NCBI GenBank assembly: GCA_010202845.1
Contig: CP047921.1
Coordinates: 690,001-722,000 of the forward strand
Reading direction: 5' to 3'
Origin: Candidatus Saccharibacteria bacterium oral taxon 488
GTDB taxonomy: Bacteria > Patescibacteriota > Saccharimonadia > Saccharimonadales > Saccharimonadaceae
Length of the DNA stretch: 32,000 nucleotides
Under the pieces are notes generated by a model. It searched no databases. It had not been told where the DNA came from and saw only the letters and a list, made by a program, of their open reading frames with translations. The translations under genes were made by a program, and so were the position numbers. Below, one piece after another: positions 22,267-29,577 of the stretch (its first letter is position 1; each line of letters opens with the position of its first letter).

Positions 22267-22776
22267 CTACTTATCCTTTGGCTTATGGTATTTTTTATAA
22301 AATTTGTGGGGATTCTTTGCCAGCTCCTTATTCAGTACTTTGTTATCGGTAGCATATTTGTATCGATGCGCCGCATCACCCTCACGCACATCAACCAAGA
22401 ACTTGCCCGCAACAGTACGACGTCCTATTAGAACTGGGTAGAGATTACCAGAACGATCCGAGAGGTTAAATAGTGCTTTAATTTTACGCCCCTTGATAGT
22501 CACGGTAAAATGTGTTCTATAGCGAATTTGCTCATGTCCAGATGAGCTGCGTACCATTGCTACAGTGAAATCCGTTCGCTTGAAAATCTTCCCGTTATAG
22601 TAAGGCGAGCCTTTGCCGAATAGGGCAAACTTTAACACACCATCTTTATCAACACGAATATTGCTCGCCCATACCGATGAGCTGTCTGCACCAGTATCAA
22701 CTTTGGCCGATATGCCAATAGCCCGCCGACCAAAATCAACACGGACATTTCGTCCAATAACCTGCCTAGCCAACAT
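22267..22776 (-). CDS. Retropepsin-like aspartic protease of the RimK-associated family (PF05618-type, RimB-like)
   Basis: 'AKVDTGADSSSVWA' with D-T-G-A at 22687-22698. Size and position (2 nt upstream of rimK) fit the family. ATG 22776 overlaps the upstream gene by 11 nt. Confidence 0.7.
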   Translation of the reverse strand: MLARQVIGRNVRVDFGRRAIGISAKVDTGADSSSVWASNIRVDKDGVLKFALFGKGSPYYNGKIFKRTDFTVAMVRSSSGHEQIRYRTHFTVTIKGRKIKALFNLSDRSGNLYPVLIGRRTVAGKFLVDVREGDAAHRYKYATDNKVLNKELAKNPHKFYKKYHKPKDK

Positions 22777-23683
22777 CAATACCTACCATTTCTAGAAGCA
22801 TCTCACTATATTTTCTCACTTTCTCATCCTGAAACGCACCAGAGGAAACCTGCGGTGCATTATTGACCTCCAGCAAATACGACTTATTGTTGGTACTGTC
22901 AAACATCACGTCAACACCCGCAACTTGCAGCCTCGCGATAGATGCAGCTTTAACGCAGACATCAATAACTTCGGGCGAAACCGACTCGATCGGTACGACC
23001 TGTGCGACACCACCTTGAGAAGTGTTGTTAAGATGTGAGCCGTCGACACCCTTGCGTTCAATTACTAAAACTGGCTTACTGTTAAAAACCAACACCCGCA
23101 AATCGCCAGAGTTTGGAATAAACTCCTGCAAGACAAATCGTTTGTCTGGGTACTGCTTTTGGATATCGCTAATCTCTGCGACCGACTCAACTAAAAAATT
23201 TGAACGACCCTTTGAGCCTTCATTGTCTTTCATAATTGCCTTTCCGCCAAACTCTGGAAAGCGTCGGATCATTTCATCTATATTACCATAAAAGGTGTGT
23301 GGCCAATTTTTAATACCATTAAACCACAGTAAAAATTGTGTACTTATCTTATTATCCAGCATTAGCCGATTCAAGTACTCGTCTGTATAACGAATGCCAA
23401 AATACTCACAATACTGCACAATAGCCTGAGCTTCATTCGCCATCTTACCAATATGACGAATGACAACCAAATCAAAATCACGAAGATCAAACTTCTTCTG
23501 AGAGTGATAGATATTAATTGCATATGCACTTAACTCAAAAAATAGCTCAGATATTTCACAGTGTTCAATCTCAACACTCTCCCCGATACTATTTTGTACA
23601 CGGCTAGCAAAACCTCCAGCCTTGCCCCTTGCTTCTTCGCTCACCGCTCGTGCTATCAGTAAGACTTTCTTTTTACTCTTCAT
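22766..23683 (-). CDS. Divergent RimK-like ATP-grasp ligase (second paralog, unknown specificity)
   Basis: ATP-grasp landmarks: 'DNKISTQFLL', 'GGKAIMKDNEGSKGRSNFLV', 'FVLQEFIPNSGDLRVLVF', 'HLNNTSQGG', 'VAGVDVMFDSTNNKSYLLEVNNAPQV'. Alignable with the adjacent RimK but clearly divergent. Confidence 0.75.
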   Translation of the reverse strand: MKSKKKVLLIARAVSEEARGKAGGFASRVQNSIGESVEIEHCEISELFFELSAYAINIYHSQKKFDLRDFDLVVIRHIGKMANEAQAIVQYCEYFGIRYTDEYLNRLMLDNKISTQFLLWFNGIKNWPHTFYGNIDEMIRRFPEFGGKAIMKDNEGSKGRSNFLVESVAEISDIQKQYPDKRFVLQEFIPNSGDLRVLVFNSKPVLVIERKGVDGSHLNNTSQGGVAQVVPIESVSPEVIDVCVKAASIARLQVAGVDVMFDSTNNKSYLLEVNNAPQVSSGAFQDEKVRKYSEMLLEMVGIDVG

Positions 23684-23725
23684 TTACAGGATCCCTTTCT
23701 GTGGCTTTTTAATAAATTATATGGG

Positions 23726-25042
23726 TTATTGTATGTCGTAGGAAATATGGTCTGGATTTGTTGGATCATAACGTACGCTAAGAATATGACGCAATTTTTC
23801 TAGCCTTTCTTCTTCTGGAAGTCGGGCAATATCATTCAACCAGCCAGCGGCTTTTTGTGCACCCACAAAATATGCACTATCACGCGTATCAATTGCGCCG
23901 CCGCGACGGGTACGATGAACCTGACGTTGAGCATTTGAGCGAGCCTTATCAATATCTACCACACCACCATTTTGCTCCATCAACAACACTTCACGCCGCC
24001 AAAGAATTTCGAATGTCTCACGATAATTACGCGGATCACCGCCTCGATCGGCACCTGCCTGCAGACCAATTGATAAATAATACTGCTTGCCGGGAACACG
24101 TTTTTGACCCGTAATAACCTGTTCTAGACACGTTGCCAAACCCTCTTCAAAATCTAGCCCACCAGGACCACTTCCCCGACCACCATGAACCACCGCCTCA
24201 TGAAATGCAACACCTATAGCGGCTAGCTCATTAGGAAAATCTGCCCGGTTCTCACCATAGTATACCGTTTTCTCACGAATACTTGTGTGTGCTGATTTAC
24301 CCGAATCTAGTTGTACACTCCATTCTTCTGGCAACCCAGCGACCTGTATCACTGCTTTACAAACATCAATAGCCTTATCCACGGGCACCGGCTCTTTAGA
24401 TGCCTTATCAATCATGGAGCCAATCTCTGGATATATATTTCTTAAGTCATCATGAATAATTTTCATAGTTTCATCATTTAGCCCAAGCACCTCATGGCCA
24501 CCCTCATCAATAGGCTGTTTTTCAAGAAGACTCAACAGTTCAGTCGCCTCTTTACGCTGCGAATTACTCACCAAATCAATTAACTCGTTTACCATCGCAG
24601 CAAAAGCCGGTTTATCAATACCTCCCATAATATCTAGCGACAACTCTGCAGCTAAACGGCGGTGCTCAAGGCAATCTGATGATGCTACCGACCCAAGAGC
24701 CAACTGCAACTCCTCGTAACGAAACAGTTCGCCCGTCTTGCGAATGATTTTATCTATTAGTTCTTCATGTGTCTGTGATCGATCCTCAGATGGAGTGCGC
24801 ATTAGTTCATTAAGGAGGCCCTCATAGAGCTCAATCGTCTCTTTAACCGTCTCTGTGTTGTGTCGTCCGTCCATCATCTGCCGTGGTTCGGTTAAGTCTG
24901 GATTATTAAGAAATTCATGAATTCTATTCTGACGTTCAGTAGCACTAGTGTTCAGGTTAAGGTAATGCTCATAGCCAGGTGTCGCTGTAAAAGGATTTTG
25001 GTCAAATATCTGTTTTTTAGAATCTATTGTACTAGTTACCAT
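23726..25042 (-). CDS. DUF1704/MATCAP-like metallocarboxypeptidase (QEGLA-motif family), tentative
   Basis: 'FHEAVVH' (HEXXXH, 24185-24202) followed 13 aa later by 'EEGLA' (24134-24148). 438 aa from ATG 25042. TTGTAT-17-TATTAT promoter ends 7 nt upstream. Confidence 0.6.
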   Translation of the reverse strand: MVTSTIDSKKQIFDQNPFTATPGYEHYLNLNTSATERQNRIHEFLNNPDLTEPRQMMDGRHNTETVKETIELYEGLLNELMRTPSEDRSQTHEELIDKIIRKTGELFRYEELQLALGSVASSDCLEHRRLAAELSLDIMGGIDKPAFAAMVNELIDLVSNSQRKEATELLSLLEKQPIDEGGHEVLGLNDETMKIIHDDLRNIYPEIGSMIDKASKEPVPVDKAIDVCKAVIQVAGLPEEWSVQLDSGKSAHTSIREKTVYYGENRADFPNELAAIGVAFHEAVVHGGRGSGPGGLDFEEGLATCLEQVITGQKRVPGKQYYLSIGLQAGADRGGDPRNYRETFEILWRREVLLMEQNGGVVDIDKARSNAQRQVHRTRRGGAIDTRDSAYFVGAQKAAGWLNDIARLPEEERLEKLRHILSVRYDPTNPDHISYDIQ

Positions 25043-25049
25043 AGCTAAT

Positions 25050-25078
25050 ATAATAACATAAATCTTATAATAATACAA
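25050..25078 (-). promoter_or_regulatory. Promoter of the MATCAP-like/ATP-grasp/protease/rimK cassette: TTGTAT-17-TATTAT, 7 nt to ATG 25042
   Basis: The reverse complement reads TTGTAT (25078-25073), a 17-nt spacer and TATTAT (25055-25050). No SD. Confidence 0.55.
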
Positions 25079-25204
25079 TATAGTAGTCCTGGCCGAACAA
25101 CCCCCTCCTCACACCGTCAAACCACCCTAGCAATCGCCCCTACGTTTTGATTAGCTTAGTCGTCATACAACAAACGTCGACGACGTTGTAATAACACTCT
25201 TAAG

Positions 25205-28200
25205 TTATTTCTGTTTACCCCCTTGTCTTCTCGCTACCACAACCACCACTGCCGTGATAATCGATAGTCCGGCCAGAATAGCCAGCGCATAAGCATAGCC
25301 TGACAGCAGATAAATTAAAGCCAACGTCACGCCGACAGCGCCCCAGATAGTAATCAGTCGCCTGCCGAGCGCCAAACCGATGATAACCATCAGCGAATGC
25401 TCGACTAAGAACAATATCTTCATAACATTGTCCCCCGCTAGCGCCAGGACAAGGGTTGATAAACTAAATACAGCGAGCGCTAGTGCTAAGTGCGCAATGG
25501 TAGATATCTGAGTATATCCTAGCCAGCGCCAGGACATCACCGCCCCCGACAAAATTGCCACTGAACAGAGATATGGCATCACGATACTATGAATCGGTAC
25601 AATTAGCATATGAACCGTAAACAGAATACCACACAGCACCAAAAGAACACCCGAGTCGAAGTATAGAAGACTCTTCTTCGGCAACCCCTCAGCTATTAGG
25701 GCGCTGCCATTGACCGCCCACATTAGTGTTACTAGCAGTACCGCCTCCGTTGCGACACTGGCCGGCATAGCCATCAGCAGTAAAGTCATCGACCAGCCGA
25801 TAGCACTCCAAAATGATGCATAATACCAATAAACTGATAATTTCTTGGTTCGCGCAGTCACGGCGGCGCCATAAAACACCGCAAAGATAATTAGTGAAAC
25901 GATCGACATAAACTCAAGCTTAACGCCGAGCCATTGTGCAGTTAAGTAGAATAACAATACCAAACTTGGATGCGCCAATATCGCCATCGGCCGCCAATCC
26001 TGCTTGGCATACACTACCATATAAAGTGCCGCGACAGCTGCCAACCAGCCCAAGATTTTGAACGGTAATCCATACGTCGTCAATAGATTTATCATCGGTA
26101 ATATCACCGCTGGTACCGTAGCAGCCAGCAGAGTCATATCGCTAGTGATTGACGCTCGCTTATTCATCGCTAACGACCAATATACTACCCCGAAGCCGAC
26201 GAGCACCACCCAAGCAGTGATAGTGAAATTGTCGCTTAGCGGCACGCGTAGCCAATGCAAGAACAGCAACACCAAAGCAATTGTCGCCAAGTATGCTCCG
26301 CCCAGATAACCATCCTCACGCCGCCGATAAAACGCATAGTACAGCAGCGCTACTAACGGCAGCCAAACCGCCGGATGAATAGACGAAAAGATGATCAAGA
26401 TAGCCGCTCCAATAGCAGAATATAACAACAATTCGCGGCACTTAACCGCCGCCTCTTTGCGGTAATTATACAGCCACTCTACCAATAGTAGCAACGACAA
26501 GCCGTTCAGCCACGCCATCAAAATGGCAATATCTTCGCCAGCAATCTTGAAATACGAAGCTATCAGCAGTGCCATCAGAAGTAGAGAAGCATGAATACCA
26601 ATCACTAGACCGTAAGCTTTCTCACGCCACGCAGCGATACCCATGATGACAGCAGCAACCGCCACCGAATCTGACAGATACAGCATGCCTTCTCCTGCTG
26701 GATAAGCAGTCAAAAAAGCTAAGGCTATAAACACTGTCATTAACCACCAAGCGGCCGCAGCGCCGTACACTAGTATTGCTTGACTTTTAGTAATATTTGG
26801 GCGCTTCAAAACCAGTAATCGGCAGACAACCGGCAGGAAAGTCATAAGCATAAAGATAGAGTAATGTGTATGCAAGGTTGTTATGGGATCGAGGCTAAAT
26901 AGCCTGACGCCAGCCGGCACTAACAAAATTCCAGACATTACTACCATGCCGCCAAAACGGGCGCGGCGCAGCAATGAAAGCGCCATAAAACTCACTACCG
27001 AAACCATACTCAACAGGATAAATATGATCATATCTCTTAGCGGACTTTCGACGCCAGCTATAGTCGATACAGCAGCCAGCGACGCAACGAAACTAATCCA
27101 CAACACTATTTCGTGCTGCTTGTCGGGCTGCTTTTGGGCATACATCGACCTGATAGACCAAATTATATTACCAAGTGCCGCCACACCCAGCGCTATACCT
27201 GTGACCAGACCATCATTATTTGACAGATACATAGTAAAACTAGCAGTCGCCGCCATCAGCAGCACGCGCGCCGTCGTTAGTTCATACGTGCGCATATCCT
27301 TTGATTTTTCAACAAAAGCAACAGTAAAATAATATATAACGCTGATGAGCAGCAGCATGCTGACGTCAAGCGTTCCCATATGCACCGACGAACCGATAGC
27401 GAGAAGCAAAGTGGACGGGACGATAAACGGATTAACCAGCGTCAACGGCTCGGTGAATTGGCGCGGAAAACGATTAGAAAAATACGCAGCCAAGGTCATC
27501 AGGCATCCGAACAATAGCACCGCAGCATAATACCACACCAACTGAGCATGCATAACAGCCGGCAAGCTGGTCGTCATCGTAAACATCGACAGCAGCGAAA
27601 TATAGGCGAGCGGTTGGCTATTGAGCCTGACTGTAGCATCCACGCATAAGAAAGTGCCGATGAAGGAAGTGGCAAGCCAACACAGCGCTGGATCAATCCC
27701 CAAAAGCAAGTGCATGCTCCAGCCGCCGATCGGCACAGCAGCCAGCGCCGTACCAATAAACGCCGTTGAGGCCGGCTTTAAGATCGGTAATCTAGCGTAT
27801 AACACCTGGCCAGTAACATAATAGACAAAAATAAACAGCCAGACCAAACTAAACCTGAGCTGCGCCGAAAGTTCAATCGTTTGTGCCAATAATAATATAC
27901 CGGCGGTTAGCAATAATGATGCCGTATAGAGCGCCACATTGATGGTAGTTTGACGATTTTTCTCTTTTTCTTTATTGCTGACAGGGGATAGCCGCTCGAC
28001 AATCTGTGTCTTTTCGTCGGGAATATTAGTCTTTCCTTCAATTGGCGCGGCATCAGTAGGTGGCGCAGCATCAGGCTCTTCCTCTTCGTCGCCAATTAGC
28101 ACAAGACCAGTAGACTGCGAAGCTGCAGCCTGATTCTCGGTAATAAGCTTGGCTTGACCGTCGCTACCTTCAATTTTCGCACGGCCATTCTGCGCATCGC

Positions 28201-28318
28201 ACACGCCGTCCCAATAACCGCGCTGATAATCCTCAGATTGACGAGACAGCCGATTACCGCCTCCCTGCGCCACCTTAATTATCACGATGATAATCACTAA
28301 CAGAAAAATTAATTCCAT
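25205..28318 (-). CDS. Very large polytopic membrane protein (1037 aa, on the order of 25-30 TM helices), unknown function
   Basis: N-terminal TM, then a ~120-aa soluble segment ('DYQRGYWDGVCDAQNGR', acidic 'GDEEEEPD'), then almost continuous hydrophobic helices to the C-terminus. AAGGGGA SD and TGcTATACT upstream. Confidence 0.7.
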   Translation of the reverse strand: MELIFLLVIIIVIIKVAQGGGNRLSRQSEDYQRGYWDGVCDAQNGRAKIEGSDGQAKLITENQAAASQSTGLVLIGDEEEEPDAAPPTDAAPIEGKTNIPDEKTQIVERLSPVSNKEKEKNRQTTINVALYTASLLLTAGILLLAQTIELSAQLRFSLVWLFIFVYYVTGQVLYARLPILKPASTAFIGTALAAVPIGGWSMHLLLGIDPALCWLATSFIGTFLCVDATVRLNSQPLAYISLLSMFTMTTSLPAVMHAQLVWYYAAVLLFGCLMTLAAYFSNRFPRQFTEPLTLVNPFIVPSTLLLAIGSSVHMGTLDVSMLLLISVIYYFTVAFVEKSKDMRTYELTTARVLLMAATASFTMYLSNNDGLVTGIALGVAALGNIIWSIRSMYAQKQPDKQHEIVLWISFVASLAAVSTIAGVESPLRDMIIFILLSMVSVVSFMALSLLRRARFGGMVVMSGILLVPAGVRLFSLDPITTLHTHYSIFMLMTFLPVVCRLLVLKRPNITKSQAILVYGAAAAWWLMTVFIALAFLTAYPAGEGMLYLSDSVAVAAVIMGIAAWREKAYGLVIGIHASLLLMALLIASYFKIAGEDIAILMAWLNGLSLLLLVEWLYNYRKEAAVKCRELLLYSAIGAAILIIFSSIHPAVWLPLVALLYYAFYRRREDGYLGGAYLATIALVLLFLHWLRVPLSDNFTITAWVVLVGFGVVYWSLAMNKRASITSDMTLLAATVPAVILPMINLLTTYGLPFKILGWLAAVAALYMVVYAKQDWRPMAILAHPSLVLLFYLTAQWLGVKLEFMSIVSLIIFAVFYGAAVTARTKKLSVYWYYASFWSAIGWSMTLLLMAMPASVATEAVLLVTLMWAVNGSALIAEGLPKKSLLYFDSGVLLVLCGILFTVHMLIVPIHSIVMPYLCSVAILSGAVMSWRWLGYTQISTIAHLALALAVFSLSTLVLALAGDNVMKILFLVEHSLMVIIGLALGRRLITIWGAVGVTLALIYLLSGYAYALAILAGLSIITAVVVVVARRQGGKQK

Positions 28319-28343
28319 GCTTAATTCCCCTTATGCTAAATTT

Positions 28344-28352
28344 AGTATAGCA
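28344..28352 (-). promoter_or_regulatory. Extended -10 TGcTATACT upstream of the 1037-aa membrane-protein gene (leadered)
   Basis: The reverse complement of 28344-28352 is TGCTATACT, followed by aaatttagcatAAGGGGAattaagcATG. Confidence 0.5.
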
Positions 28353-28379
28353 CGAGAAAACTTTTTATGGAGGAATTTG

Positions 28380-29495
28380 CTACGAAAACAACCCCCGCTT
28401 CCGTGCGCCATCAAACTGCTCCAGGAGTTCTCGCTGTTTCTTGCTGAGCTTAGTTGGCGTATCGACAATGACACCGACAATGTGCGGGCCGCGTTCATCA
28501 TTTCTCAGATGTGGCACGCCGTGGCCTGACAACTTAAAATCAGTCCCCGACTGGGTGCCGGCTGGGATTTTCATTCGCACCGTACCGTCCACGGTCTCGA
28601 CATCAATTTCCGTTCCCAATGCCGCATCAACCATCGAGATATGCTCTTCTGAAAGGATGATATCGCCTTCACGCGTGAACTTCTTATGGGCTTTGACGCG
28701 AATGTGAACGTATAGATCGCCGCGCGGGCCACCCTGAACCGCTTCGCCGCGACCATGCAGGCGGATCGTCGCGCCATCATCAATGCCAGCTGGGATCTTG
28801 ACCGTAATCTCCTGGCGCTGGCGAGTCGTACCCTTGCCGCCACAGACTGAACAGTTTTGCTCTGGGATCTTGCCACGGCCGTGACAGGTCGGGCAGGTGA
28901 CTGCTTGCTGAATTTGTCCAAAAATCGAGTTCATGACGCGAGTCTGCTGACCGGAGCCCTTGCAATCCTCACAGGTTTTTAAGCTATGACCTGGCTCGAC
29001 GCCATCGCCATGACAATGCTCACACTCAGCATCGAGCGTTATATTCAACTTCTTTTCTGCGCCAAACACCGCTTCCTCAAAGGTCAGCGTCACATTGGTT
29101 TCAACATCACGACCACGCCGCGAGCCACCCCGTGAACCAGCTGCGCTGCCACCAAAAAATTGGCTAAAAATATCGCCAAACATGCCGCCATCGCCACCAA
29201 AGTCGAACTGCACGTTTTGCCCACCAAAGCCACCAAAGCCTTCGAACGGATTACCGCCAAAGCCACCACCCGCCGCGCCGCCGACACCAGCATGACCAAA
29301 CTGGTCGTAGCGCTGGCGCTTTTGCTTGTCTTTTAGGACTTCATATGCCTCATTGACCTCTTTGAATTTGGCTTCATCACCGCCTTCTTTGTCGGGGTGG
29401 TACTTCACCGCTGCCTTACGAAAAGCCTTCTTGATCTCATCCTCAGAAGCGGTTTTCGACACACCTAACACTTCATAATAATCGCGCTTACTCAT
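28380..29495 (-). CDS. dnaJ: Molecular chaperone DnaJ (type I)
   Basis: J domain 'DYYEVLGV...YHPDK', G/F-rich region and four CxxCxGxG motifs ([32 protein letters not shown]). Confidence 0.95.
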   Translation of the reverse strand: MSKRDYYEVLGVSKTASEDEIKKAFRKAAVKYHPDKEGGDEAKFKEVNEAYEVLKDKQKRQRYDQFGHAGVGGAAGGGFGGNPFEGFGGFGGQNVQFDFGGDGGMFGDIFSQFFGGSAAGSRGGSRRGRDVETNVTLTFEEAVFGAEKKLNITLDAECEHCHGDGVEPGHSLKTCEDCKGSGQQTRVMNSIFGQIQQAVTCPTCHGRGKIPEQNCSVCGGKGTTRQRQEITVKIPAGIDDGATIRLHGRGEAVQGGPRGDLYVHIRVKAHKKFTREGDIILSEEHISMVDAALGTEIDVETVDGTVRMKIPAGTQSGTDFKLSGHGVPHLRNDERGPHIVGVIVDTPTKLSKKQRELLEQFDGARKRGLFS

Positions 29496-29503
29496 ATATG
29501 TTC

Positions 29504-29532
29504 ATTATACGCTTTTAGCACTCGACATGCAA
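29504..29532 (-). promoter_or_regulatory. dnaJ promoter TTGCAT-17-TATAAT, 8 nt to ATG 29495
   Basis: The reverse complement reads TTGCAT (29532-29527, inside the CIRCE loop), a 17-nt spacer and TATAAT (29509-29504). No SD. Confidence 0.65.
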
Positions 29533-29541
29533 GAGTGCTAG
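29515..29541. promoter_or_regulatory. CIRCE element (HrcA operator): TTAGCACTC-N9-GAGTGCTAg
   Basis: 17 of 18 arm positions match the consensus TTAGCACTC-N9-GAGTGCTAA. It lies in the dnaJ/CYTH divergent intergenic region and overlaps the dnaJ -35 and spacer. Confidence 0.85.
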
Positions 29542-29550
29542 CCTCGCCCG

Positions 29551-29559
29551 TGCTATACT
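29551..29559 (+). promoter_or_regulatory. Extended -10 TGcTATACT upstream of the CYTH gene
   Basis: TG at 29551-29552, TATACT at 29554-29559. GGAGG at 29569-29573, ATG at 29578. The -35 region would overlap the right CIRCE arm. Confidence 0.5.
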
Positions 29560-29577
29560 GAGCATAGAGGAGGTGTT

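Noticed and set aside
25104-25187. GGAGG-like motif (minus strand, 25108-25104) and hairpin AACGTC-gac-GACGTT (25173-25187) in the 162-bp gap upstream of the MATCAP-like gene. I checked for a small precursor-peptide ORF or an sRNA.
   Set aside because: Only 8-11-codon ORFs follow (for example MFGQDYYIVLL), with poor SD spacing. The hairpin is short and lacks a U-tract. There is no support for a peptide or RNA gene.
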